DNA of 64,000 nt, taken from NCBI GenBank assembly GCA_905178155.1, contig CAJINV010000007.1, positions 1,643,341-1,707,340 on the forward strand. Direction: 5' to 3'. The translations under genes were made by a program, and so were the position numbers. Shown piece after piece: positions 33,510-46,363 of the stretch. Below the pieces are notes generated by a model that was not told the DNA's origin, did not search any database, and saw nothing but the letters and a program-made list of their open reading frames with translations. Source of the stretch: Amoebophrya sp. A120 (Eukaryota > Protista > Dinoflagellata). Every line of letters starts with the position of its first letter. Position 1 is the stretch's first letter.

Positions 33510-36500
33510 ATGAAAAAGCTCATCTCCAAGTTCACTTCCCCGTCGGGGAAGTCGCCGTCCGCGGTGCATCCGTCTCCCAGCATGGGTGTCATTCCTTCGT
33601 CCACTTCCACCAACGCCTTTGGAGATCGGAACTCCCCGATGAACCCAGGTCACAACAAGCGTGGCAGTTCCGCGAGTTGCAGTGCTTCGCCTGTGATGGA
33701 GCGGAGTGCGTCCTACGCCGGCGCCGGCACAGCAAGCAGTTCCACCAACGCAGCACACCATGACCACAAAGAAGGAACTTCTGCTCAACACCCGCAGCCC
33801 CTGCCTTCCCAGCACATCAACTCGACATCGAAACGGCCACAGGCGCTGTCCTCCTCCTCCAAGCGGAGCTCCGCAGTTGGGACGGGAAATTCCCGACGGC
33901 AGTCCATTGCGGAAACGCAGCAGATGCTCCGGAACATAATCCCGCCGCAGGGGAACAGCACCTTTCCCTCGTCGCAACAACACGCCGGCACGGGCTCAAT
34001 CAACAACAATCTGCTGCTGTCGGCGAATTCGCCGAACCAGTCGAAGAAAGTGGGCGGAAAAATCGAAAACCCGTGCCCGAGCCCCTCCATGAGCATGGTG
34101 TTGCAAAATGGAGGCGCGCTGCCCGGGAACCCAGGGAACAATGCGATGAACGGTGCGGCGGGTGGTGGAAATAGTTCTAATCGGATGATGAACGTCGCGC
34201 CAGCGAACAGCGTCAGAAACTCCATGAACGCAGGAAACAACAACTCCCAGCAACTAGGAGCGGGCACAACTACAGGTTCAAAACCGATGCGGCAGCTATC
34301 CCACGGGGAAATCCACACTGCGTCGAACAAATTGGGGGATGCAATGAAACAGAACGGCGTCGGATCGATTTCTACTTCGAGATCAGCCGGGCAATTTCAG
34401 CGCATGTCGGAATCCACGATGCAGAATCTCACGCCGGATAAGATCGTCAGTCCGCAGAGAGACGAAGGCGGCGGAGATGGACCGAGCAAAACTTTTGCTT
34501 CGGATGGGGGCGACGTGGTGTTCAACATAAACATCGTGGCGCCAAGGTACTTCATTAATTTGAAAAAATGCAACATGCTTTTTGGTGTTTTTTTGCATTT
34601 GCTGCTTTCGACATACAAGAACGCCTGAAACAGAACAAGAAACACTCTGATGCAACAAGGCGCACATCAAATCAAGCGAACACAAAACCAGATCCGGTGC
34701 CTCCCGGAGTAGTAGCTCGGGCATGCTGCGATCCTCCTCAGAATCGGACGACGACGACGAGGACGATGACGACCGAAAATTTCAGATTGAAGACGAGAAA
34801 CGCCGGTCCATCACCGGAGTGGGCAAGCGGTCGTCGATGAATCTGAATGCGAAGGAGACGACCGACCTACAGACGAAAATCAAGACGCAGACGCTGAAGA
34901 TCCAGGAATTAGAAGCGACGAGCAGGAGGGATTCCTTTCGAGCGGACAGTGCGGAAGCAGAAGTGGAAAGATTGCAGATGGAGGAGAAAAGTATATTGGC
35001 GTTGCATTTTTTATCCGAGATTGTTTTCTGTCGTGCCAAGTCTGAGGATCTGCACAGAAAAGGTTGAAAATGAAAAAAAAAAAATGTACTTGCAGCAGCA
35101 GCCTGAGCTTGACCTCACGGGTCAGATTTTTCTTGTCGCGCATGCAAAAGCAAAACGTAAAACAGTGCGCAAGATCCAGATCCAGAAGCTGGAAGAGGAA
35201 TTGAGACGACAGAAACTGGGGGAAAACCCGTACTCAACCACCTCCTCCAGTGACTCGGATGACGACGATGATTACTCGGACGAAGAGAACAACCAAGGGG
35301 GCTTTACGATTGTGCGCACCAACACGGAGGGGAGAGACCAGACGTCCGAAGTGATAACCAGGTAACTTCTTTGTTTTATGTAGCTTTGACGACGTCGTAA
35401 GACTAAGACTACGATGATGAGATGATGACACGACAGTCGTGTCGTCATCTCATCAGTTGTGCCACCATCTGCCTTGTTGTTTAGTCATAGTCATTTTTAT
35501 TTACGAACCAAATTTCCAGGCTCGACCCCACCCGCAGCGTCGACTTGAAAAACAAGGACGGATCCTGCCGCGCCTCCTCCAGTTCGCAAGCACAGAAACA
35601 GAACAAACGGGACAAAAAACGGAACAAAAACAAACCCGGAGGAGGCGTTGGAGGAGCGTCCTCCTCTGCCAATAATCCCAATGCAGTAGCAGGTGCTAGT
35701 GCCGCTAGCGGCGGTGCAGCAGCGTCTGACGCACGGGTGAAGAAATTAGAACGGGAAATCGCTTTGGTGCGCAAGCAGGGGGTAGAGAAGGACCACGAGG
35801 TCATCAGATTGAAATCTGAGGTCGAAGTGTTAAAGAACAAGTGCAAAGCGACGACCCAAACGCGAGTCCAGATCGAGAAAATGCGGAACGAAATGACCGA
35901 GCAGCAGAAGAAAAACGAGCAGAGTGAGCAGAAGCTCAAGCAGCAAATCCAGCATTGGCAAAACCAAGTGGCGAAATTTCGGAAGTTGAATACAGTAGTG
36001 GAGAACGTCCGTGCGGAGTTGAGTGGCAGCGGGAACGGCGGAATTCCCGGGGGAGCAACTGGGCCTGGCGGCAGCGAGGACGGCTGTTTGAGTACAATTT
36101 TTTGTTGCCAATTTTTTCGTGTTGTTCTAGAGCTTAAATTCTTTTCGGTCGTCTGTTGATGTTGGTTTCTCCTATTTTCTCTGTTCTGGTCTTGCCACGG
36201 TTTCTCGTTTCATGCCATACTGGATCTCCGTCAACAAATATTCGAAGGAGTGAAAACTAGTACTAGGAAATCACGTAGTAGTACACCATGGCTGCACTAC
36301 GATTACGATTTGTACTTCATGATCCATGCGTTATTGTACAAACTACAACCACGACATCAGCCCTCGCTTGCCAGAACCTGGTTAGCCACCAGCAAGGCGA
36401 CGAAACGACTACGAACGCACTGTCCTTCGAAATCGCGCGCGACATGAAGGTGTGCGACTACCTGCGCCAAGAGCTCCTGTCCGGGGAGCTCGCCACGCGG

Positions 36501-36947
36501 CGGTCCATCGTTTCCCAGATGCCGTCGGCTTGTCAGAGCCGGATCATGTCTCGCCAGGGCTCGCTCTCCAAGTTAAACAAAAGCGGCGCCGCGACCAAGA
36601 ATAACGGAAGCAAGCTGGGCAGTCGGCTGGGTAGCAGAACGAACAGTAACGACCAGCTTGGCTCTGGCGGCGCTGCAGGTAGTTCTGGGACTACTGCGGG
36701 TGGAGCAGGTGGAACAACGAACACTAGTAGTGCCGGCAATGCTGGAGCAGCACCAGCGGGTGCCGTAGCAAGTGCAGCTGGTGGTGGAGAACAAAATCAC
36801 AATCAGCAGTCCAGTGCGAGTGCTCCTGCCGCAGCTAGTACAACGACTGCAGTGTCGGCAACTTCGAAGCCAGCGGGCGGGAGTACTAGTGCGACAGCTC
36901 CCGCGAATGTCAAAATTACAGCGCCGCAGTCTACTGCATCCAAGTAG
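33510..36947 (+). CDS. Ser/Asn-rich coiled-coil hypothetical protein, five exons
   Basis: Frame-compatible GT-AG introns at about 34547-34691, 34991-35165, 35362-35519 and 36086-36360; heptad segments such as RVKKLEREIALVRKQ...EVIRLKSEVEVLKNK. Confidence 0.7.
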
Positions 36948-38362
36948 ACGAAATGAGATCGCGGCCGTCGACAACATGACCGACTAGTGATAGATAGTGT
37001 TGTACCAAGAAATAGGAGCAATAATTCTTTCAACAGACTGGTGACGAGAAGCTGCTTTTTAGTTTTTATCCAGTGGTTGATCAACAACTCACGTTTGGAA
37101 GCTTCTCCTTTTTATGTTTCGGTTGATGTATGATAGAGATTGCGTTTCATCGCTGCATTTCATTGTTCAGTATCGAGAAGAAATACTGATGGCTAAAAGT
37201 AAAAATTCATACAGTGTCATGAAGTAATACGTGAGGCTGCGGCCGCGAAAGACAAAAGAGAAAGACGCCTCGACTTTGGTGTCATTGACGTGCTGCATCA
37301 TGAAATCCTTTTACTTAATTTCGAAGTGAGAGAAGCGAAGTTCTTGTGTAAAGACATGGACAACTACACCATAAGTGCCCGGAGGTGATGACGAAAACAC
37401 ACTTCACATTGTAGCAGGTATGGATTCGGACGAGTTTTAGAGTTTCAGTTTCACTTTTACATGAACGACAAAGACACCTCCTTTGCGCTAAAAGCATGTG
37501 GTGCGAGATGAAGGAGGATAGAGCAAAACATTCACGCAAAAATGGCTCTATAATCAATGAAGATTCACTTGTTGGTTTTCGAGAACAGGAAAATTTTGCA
37601 ATTGCTCGGTTCTCGTTTTTTTTTTCCTGTTCTGTTTCGGTCTTTTCTACACCCCTGCCCTGGTCGTGCACCAGAATGACGAGAAATAGTAAAGAGCCAG
37701 AGAGGTGTGAGGACCCCTTGGGCTTGGATAGCATCAGATACTGAGAGTGAGGGCGTCAGTGTGAGGAGTTCAATTCTCTTCATCTACGCTTTCCTATGCA
37801 GTTCCGGCTGTTTCATTCTGAGAGGTTGTATGTGCAAATTTCTCAATGAAGACGCGAGAATCTGGACGATGGAATTTCCGTGTCCAGGAGTGAGGCTGCT
37901 GCAATTGTTGGTTACGGAACTCTTAGTTTTCTACATCATATCGTAGAAACGCATGAACCCAACGTAAAATTAAAAACAGGACACAGATACACAGACATTC
38001 GCGCACCCCATGATTTTAGCTACCCTCAAAAACACTCTCTTACTCTTCCATTTTTGTATCGATAGCAATAGCTCTTGCTGGTTCTTTGATTCATCTCTGT
38101 TTTCTCTCACTCTACTGTATAGATCGTAGTTACCCACTTCTCTACCCGCCCTGAAAATGAAGATAGGTGTCTATTCTGCTCCCCATTTTTATTGCCGAAC
38201 GAAAAAAATATAAATCATTCTTGTTCTTCTTCTTTATCTTTCTCCCCGACCCCGTCATGTACATGTTTTCAATCGTGAACTACATCGAGCCAGGTCGAAA
38301 ACGGGTGTTCAATGGTTCTTGGCCTAAATGTTGACGACGCTTTCTTCTCACGACTTCTTCGC

Positions 38363-41300
38363 ATGACCACGGGCCGGATCATGCCACCGGGTGTGATAGA
38401 CCAAGGCGTGGGCCCACCCTGGACGGTGGAATACGATCCGAACAACGGTAGACCCTATTACTACAACACCCAGACCGGCACAGTCTCCTGGACCAAGCCC
38501 GGTGAGCAGTGGAGTTTATGAACTGCAAAAGTATCGTACTAGTCGTAATTGCAATACAAATTAGAAGCTCAGCATGACAAATGGAATTTGTCATGCTGTT
38601 TTGCCTTGGGATGGAGATTTGTAACGCATGATGATGATTGCAATTACTACGAGTACGATACTTTTGCACAGGATAGAGTTTGAGCTACGATAACGTTTCG
38701 AATCAGCAGTACTGGATCGATGCGCAGGGCAACACAAAACCGCTGCAGCCGTACCTTTTTGAGCGATTTTTTTGTGTTGTTTCTAGTATAGGTCGCGCTT
38801 TCTGCATGCCTTGATTTCGTTTCCAGTATCTAAATTCAAATTGCAGACGAGACTATCAGATGGCTGCGAACTTCATTCTCAACATAACATCGTGATGAAA
38901 ACAAAAAACCGATACAAAAACAGGCCCACGGTGGCCTCCGGCTCCCGACCCGCTACCCCACGAGGTGGTGGATCCACGACGCCGCGCCTCACCCCGCGAT
39001 CGTCCATCCCCGACTGGTTTTCCCAGAACAAAGACTCGCTGCTTTCCGCCAAGTCCATGCAGCCGAAAAACCAGTACGCAGCGGAGGAGGAGATGCGGTT
39101 CCAGCAGCAGCTTCTTTTCCAGCAAAATCCGAATCTCATCCCCGGGATGGGGGTAGGGACACCGAGAAATAACCACCGGCCGGACCCGTACCTCTACACA
39201 CCCGAGGACGCCATGGTCGGGCACGGCTACAACGGTGGGCAGCATTCGGTGAGCGACAGTGTCGTGAGTTCCGCCATGGTGCCCAGGAACACCACCCCGC
39301 GGAAGTCGCGGGTGAGCCCCACGGGATCCAATTCTATCGCGGATTCGTTGCAGAGCCCCATCGTCCAGAACGGGCCGCCGGCGCTGCGGTTGTCCAGTAA
39401 TTTGACCACGACCTCGTCGGTTTCGCACAGTCGCAGTTACAACCTCCCGCCGGGCAACCTTCGGGGCGAGGGCGAAAACGCCGGTCCGCTGAGCGGCGCC
39501 ACGACCCCGCAACGGGGGCCGAGTCCGCAGGGAGTGGCGTCGATAGGGAAGACAATCATGTCGCCCGAGGTAGACGGGGCTGCAGGGGAGGACGTGATCT
39601 CCTACAGCCGGTCGCAGTCTCGATCCGTGGTCGAGCTTCTACTTAACGGCCGGCAAACGGTAAATGACAACGATGGAGCAGCATCAGAGGTCGTCACTAC
39701 ACCAAGAGGCAGTACAAGCATAAACCAGAACTACTCGCCTCGGTATGAGAAGGTCGGCACGCCGCGGCAGTCGACGCCGCGAGGAGGGATAAGTAGGAAC
39801 TACGCAAGCAGCGCTGGTGTAGTTCCGAGAATACAGAATCTGAATGGGACACCAATCCATAATCGAAATAGCAACCAGCAAGCGCCGTCCGCCGCGGCGA
39901 TACAGAATTTCAGAAGCGCCTCAATGGTGTCACCACGCAATAGCGCGTCCTCTACGACTGGTGGAGGTGGATCGTACCACTACAATAACGGCTCGTCGGT
40001 TCTTGTGTCCCCGCGGTACAGCAGCTCCACGCACGCCACGTCGACAAAAGACTCCTCCAGTGGCGCACCTGCCTCGTACGCTTCGTCGGCGTCTTTACAG
40101 CAGGAGCAAAGAACGAATGACCCGTACGGTACTTCTAGTAGTACTGTTGCACCAACTACAACCACCTCTACCCACCATCTTCAAGAGCAACAGCACGATC
40201 CTTACGCTACGTCTGCGGCTGCTCAAGGCTCCTCATCCAACGACCCGTATGCAGCTGCACCGGTCAGTCCTACCGCGGCCAGCAACGATCCCTACGCGTA
40301 CAATAATAGCGCAGTGGATGAGCGGCAAGAGGAACAACACCAGCAGCAGCAGCAGTACTACGGTACTAGTGCAGGTGGGGGCTCGCAGAGCAGCACCTAC
40401 TACAACAGTTCGACGTACCATCAGGGAGGTGCTAGTAGTGGTCAGCACCACCAGCAAGAACAGTATAACAGCTACGAGCAACAGAACTACAGCCAGTATC
40501 CGCCTGGGTATAATAATCTTCCAGAGAACTACGACCACTACCAGCAGCAGCAGCAACGGTCTGATTACCATTCTCGCCAGCAGGACTACTACGGCAACAG
40601 CTACCCACCACCTCTGCCAACCGAGCAAGGCTACCACGCAGGAATGGTGCAGCCCCGTCCTTTCGCTGGTGGTCCGGGTCACCAGGCACCAGGTCCAGGA
40701 GGGCAGCTGCCTCCGGGAGGACCGGGACCGCCTCCCGCCTCTCCCCAGTATATGAATAACCATCAGCATCAGCTGCCGCCGCAGCCCGTCCAGCCGCAGC
40801 CGCGCATACCCCTCTCGCAGGTCAATATGTCGGCCGCGGCGAACCTCCGAACGGGGGGGAATTCTTCAACGAGCATGATGCACCAAAACCTCGCAATGCA
40901 CCAGAGAAATAACCTCCAACTCCAGGCGCAGTACTACGCGCCGGCCCAACCGCTGTTCGCCGAGCCGCAGTTCCATCCGGGGTACGGCATGCGCGGGGGT
41001 GGTGGTGGTCCTGTTCATCCCGGGGCAGGAGGTGGTCCACCGGGAGGAGGTAGCGACCGTGTGATGCCCGTCTACAACCAGAGTCGGGCGCCACAGCCGA
41101 GTCTGCAGCAGATGGATTTTGCGGCGGACCACGAAATGATGCACGGTTTAGAGGAGATGATCCGGGACCCCCGGGTCGCGCGCGAGCGGGACTTTTCCCC
41201 CGACGAACGGGACAAAATCAAGCGCTGGGTCCGCAAGGCGCAGGAGTTCAAGGGACAAATTGTCGAGGCTCTCGCCGATTACTTCTCGGACAGTAACCCC

Positions 41301-41769
41301 AACGACATACCCACGCCACAAATCTCGGGGGCGGCCACTTTCGCAGACGTATATACATAGTTCAGAAGTGATTCATCATTTCAACTGCTTGTGTGGAGAT
41401 GCATTTTTTTCAAACCAATGGATAGTAGTCGTAGTGATTTCTCCATATCATTAATCATGATTTTTGTTTCGTGCGGCAATCTCTTCTCGTCGTAGAAAAA
41501 AAAAACAAAAAAATCTCCATTTTACAATACAGATGTACGATCAAGGCGGTTCTCATAACCAGAACGCGGCGCAGCACCGATACGAGCTCCCGGATGACCG
41601 CAGCGGCGGTGCGGACCAAGACAAGTCCAACTTGCGCGTGAAGATCGAGAGCAGTTTGGAGTTCCTCTTTTCGCGATTTCTGAGTGGCAAGAAGGAGAGC
41701 GATCCGGCCTTGCCCGGGGCGGAATACGCGTACAATCGCGGGAGAGCGCCACCAGATCCCTTTCCATAG
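38363..41769 (+). CDS. WW-domain protein with long Ser/Gln/Tyr/Pro-rich region
   Basis: PPWTVEYDPNNGRPYYYNTQTGTVSWTKP; a second WW-like unit QWSLSYDNVSNQQYWID forms across IE7; GT-AG introns 38751-38923 and 41349-41532. Confidence 0.8.
38517..38675. mobile_element. Introner IE7, family C (159 bp), opposite orientation to IE5
   Basis: TIR TATgaacTGCAAAAGTATCGTACTaGTcGTAATTGCAAT ... ATTGCAATTACTACGAGTACGATACTTTTGCACAGGATA; TSD GAGTT at 38512-38516 and 38676-38680. Confidence 0.94.
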
Positions 41770-42686
41770 TTGGAGATCGTGGGAAAAGAACTGCTATGTA
41801 GCCGCTCACATTCTGTTTGTTCTCGTATCATGAAGATCTGAAAGTAGATCTTCAACGAAGGAGAAAAAGATGAACACAAACAGTCGCTGTACAACTTGTG
41901 CGTAATGTTGCTGCCAGAATTTCAGCAGCACTGGGCACGTAACAACTCTGTTCTTCGAGCCATGCGCTGCTGCAGTTCGACTTTCAAGAAGGGATCACGA
42001 GCAAGATCTAGCTTTACGAATACGGAACAAGTTAAGTAATTATTGTTCTGTTTGGAAATCAATGGTAGAGCAGCCGGATCTGAAGATGAGGATCGAGTGT
42101 GCCTGCGCGGCTAGATTCAGACAACCGATCTAACTGTTTCAGCAGATCCCGATCTTTCTGCTTAATGGACCACATATTCACCGCAGTTCCAGATGCAGCG
42201 AGATCTTAGATCGTAGTCCAAAAAGCATCTATCATGTCTGCGATCTCTGTATTAGTCAGTGACACGGCTCCGATGTGGACGAAGCTGTGTCGGGTCTTCT
42301 CGGAATTTTTTTGCACGTTGTACTGATGTACTAGATGTACTTCTACTTGATCTTCATGCCCGTTAATTTCACAATTCTTCCTTCGCTTCTTTTTCTCCAC
42401 AGGCTTCTTCCTAGTAGTCTGTTGCTAGGACCAAGATTATTCTTCACCTTACCGACGAGACTAAAACAACTGGAATTACCGACGGAGAAATATCGCGTTA
42501 CTCGTATGATTCTTGTTTGCATCCCAATCGAAAACTTTGAAAGTTGCTTTTCACGAACGAAACAAAAAAAGAAAAAACGAAAAGTTGAAAGAAAAAAGAA
42601 TAGAGCCAAGGCTCGATCTATCTCAGGTTATCCATATCGAATCTGTATTTAACTCTCCCACTGCCATTCTCTACTAAAGCCACACA

Positions 42687-43618
42687 ATGTTGTCATCTCT
42701 TCTGCAATTTCACTCCCCGCGAGCCCGGCACGCGGAACGCTATGGGAACCGGCGGGACGTCCATAAAAATCTTCATGATTTTATTCCAGGGTCGCCGGCT
42801 CGGGCTCAGACTAGAGGCCTTTTTTGTCGGTATCGGACGCTGCTGGGGCTGGTGGTGGTCTTAGCGAGTGACTTCGGAGGAAGCACTTCTGTCCACGCGT
42901 CGAACGGTGCAGGAGCTGCCTCAACGGTTCACGATTCTACTGCAGAACAAGCACCAGCCGAACCAACCAGCACTGATGACTCGTCCTCCTACTTGGATTC
43001 GGCTTCTGATACCGAAGAATGCAACCCCGGCCTTGCAGCTTTGTTCGATGGTCCTCTACTGCATCCTGTTTCTTTACGACGAGCCTTGAACAAGAAGAAA
43101 GAGCCGGCGGCAAGAACACATCCAAGCGCCGGAGAGGCTAGTGCTGTTGCTGTAGCCGAGCCAGAACATGATCATACCGATGGAAAATCTGATACAACCT
43201 CTCAGGACCCTTTTCGCAGCTTTTTGTCCACCGCGTGGTCGAAGATGAAGCCAACTGAGGCTGAACTAGGTCAAGAAGTAGAACTACAAGCGGGCTGCAA
43301 GTTGAAGATCACTTCTCTCGCAGCGGGACCACCATCTGCTTCACCCCCACCTACAACTTCCGCGTCTCCCACTCGTCGTCGTCGGGGTTCGCCTCCTGCG
43401 CTACGAGCCGCGCCTGGTCTGGTCGCAGCCTTGAACTTAGCTCCAAGCACCATCCGCATCAAAGACGGGGGCCAGCGGATCGGCCCGAATTCGCAACGGA
43501 TTCCGCCCGCGCCGTCCCTGGCCCAGAGCATGGGGGTGGTTGTGAATGTTGACGGAGAAGCAATGTTAGCCGAGAAAAACGCTAGCCGACTGGGCCGTGC
43601 TGGGGGTGGTGATCGGGG

Positions 43619-43649
<31 letters not shown>

Positions 43650-44906
43650 CACTACCCCAGCAGGAGCCTGGTGGATGATGATGAAGTTCTTGAGCCCGGT
43701 GCCAGCGCTGGTGTCGTAGAAAAATCTCTTCCACGTCCCAGTAGTTGTCGTGGAGTATTGTGCGGCGGAAGTCCATCGTCCAGCAGTAGTTGTCGTGGAG
43801 TATTGTACGGCACCCTCCACCGACCGGACGCGGACGCTTTTACTGCGACGAGCCCTGCTCGAATAGAAGACGACACTTTGTCATCCTCGTCTTCAACTTC
43901 ATTTATCAAAACCTCCGTAGGTGGAGGACGAGGGGGCGGGGATCCTCGTGGTCCTGGTCGTCAAAATGCTTCTGCAACGAGCAGCGCGTCCTCATCTTCC
44001 AGGGCTCGGCACAATCACTACGAGTACCTTGGAATTGCCAACAGGGCCGCGGCCGCGACCACATCCACAAGGCCACTACCGGTAGGGGAGTTGCTGCCGC
44101 GACGAGCAGCACGGGCCGTCGCCGTTGGAACTGCTTCTAGTACCCAAGTCGGCTCCTGCAGCGACAAGAACCCTAAGAACGGCAGCTTCATCGCGGACGA
44201 GCGCACGAGACGCAGAGTTACTTTTGCTGCAGGTGAAGGCTGTCATGAGGAGGATATCTTCCAGTCCCGTCACAGTCCTCCACCAGGCATCTGGTCCAGC
44301 CCGACCTATGCAGGGCCTGCTGCACAATCTCGCCGATCATTTCTTGGAAGCCGCGACGAAGTACAACAAGAGAATCGCGGCGCTGTTGGTGTCCTCGAAG
44401 AATCTGAATCCTCTCGATCATCTGCTACAAGAGATACACAGCGACAGCACGACGGCCACGCCGGGACGAGGCAGTATACTGATACAACTTCACCTTCAGG
44501 GATGAGTTATGATGCAGACAATGTTGTTGTTCACGGTGCCCCTCCTGGTCGATTTTGCTCCTCTGCTCCTCGTTCTGTCCCTGCGCTGCACGATTTCGTT
44601 GGGGAGGCGCTAGGACTAGCATCTCCGGATCCACCTCCCGGACCGTTCCACCGAAGTATGTATTTTTTCCCGTATCCAGCACTTGCAGTTGCACCTCCTC
44701 CGGGGCTTGAACACCTACGGCCGCCGCCCGTTAATCGTAATCCGAGTAGGCTACCCCAATACGGAGCAAAGGGGCGTGGGAAAGGAAAAGGCAAGCGTAA
44801 AGCTGGATATGCTGGCAGAAATTCCAGCATAGCGGAAGTAGGCGAAGGCACTAGTTCTTCGAGTCACGCGGGGGCGTCCAGAGACACTATCTTTTCGAGC
44901 AACTAA
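42687..44906 (+). CDS. Intronless low-complexity hypothetical protein with recessed hydrophobic (signal-like) segment
   Basis: 739-aa ORF; LLGLVVVLAS near residue 55; poly-Asp from (GAT)10 at 43620-43649; RRRVTF motif. Confidence 0.7.
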
Positions 44907-46363
44907 CTGCCTTCCAGAGACACTAGTGAGTTTTTCGAGTAACGTGGTGGCTGTGCCGTCCAGACGAGACACTGGTTTTTCGACTAACAACATGTCGGAA
45001 GATTTGTATTCGTTTTGATGACAGCAAAAACAACAAGTCAAAGCTGTATTTCTCTCGAAATGTGGAACGAACTTTGCTCGCGGATGCTGCGTCATCAACT
45101 TCTTAATACACAATTATAGCAGCTACTGAAACCAAAACAGCTTTTCTCTTTGAAGCGCCACGGCTGCTACAACGGAGACTCGACTCATTGCAATTTTTTA
45201 GGGTTTTGTTGACAAGAATTTCATCAAACTCGGCTTCCATGACGCAGAATAGAACGACTTTTGCAGTTTCCACCGAACGTAAAATACATTCGCAATTGAT
45301 ACTACTACTTTCAGACTGAAAATACGAATACCGGAGCTGCAGCTAGCTCGATAACGGTATCAATCTTCAACGCAAGGATTAAGCTTTATAAACCTTATCC
45401 AGGCAGTGCAACATCGCCTACACATCTTCATCTATTGAATACGATCCACAGCACGATCTTGATGGGATAAAAAAACACGAAGAACAACATTCGAAGAAAA
45501 AAATGCCGGGGAGCTGCTTTTGACTTTTTGGACTTGAATGAAAGAAGATGAAGGTAAAAGATATGATAGAACTCCAGACAGAGGTCCTCCAGTCCAGATG
45601 CTGATACAACACTCATAGAAATGAATTTGAATACCGCTACTGCTATAAAGCCACAAAAATATTAACTCGGCCCTCCAGACATAAGGTCGCAGATCAAGGG
45701 TGGTAAGACTAAGACCAGGTCTGCGGTTTTGTTCGTTCCGGTACCTATTACATCTGACGCCTCCAGCAGTCCAATATCATGGTCGAGCGCATCACTCAAG
45801 GATCATCAGACGTGTTGGTGGTGCTTGATCTTGATCTCATGGTGATTGTTTTTGTTCTTCTGAAAGAATAACTGTGGGCGACCGTCGTATCTTGTTCTGT
45901 GTTGTATGGTGCCCGTGGTTTTGTACCTGTTCGTGATCATGCAGAAGGAACGACATTATGCGCTGGCGTAACAAAGAAGCTGGTTCCTTGAGCCAAAGAG
46001 AAGGATCTGATCCTCTACATTGTTCTGTTCGCACAAGCGACACAAGCGGAGATCATACATGATGCCGTCAGAAGAACAGGGCGACGTGTCGACGACAACC
46101 TCAAAGTGTCTGCAAATTTCTCGAAGCAGCTTTTGATTTTACGTCTGTGGTTTGTTTTTCTTTTCTTTCACAGTGCTTCTTGGTCTTTCTGACCACGTCG
46201 AGCTCTACTTCAGCAAGGAAGGGCGGTTTCTACGGTGTTTACTCGTGGTGCGTGACAGACTTCACCGGCATCTTACATCTGCTGCCAGTGATGAAGAAAA
46301 AATGAACGAAGAACTCTCTGGACCGCCCGCGTTCCTGTTCCCAAAGACCGGCAGGAGTATACG

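Noticed and set aside
43739-43811. Short duplicated SSCRGVL(C/Y)G segment and nearby (GAT)10 run
   Set aside because: Ordinary slippage in a low-complexity exon.
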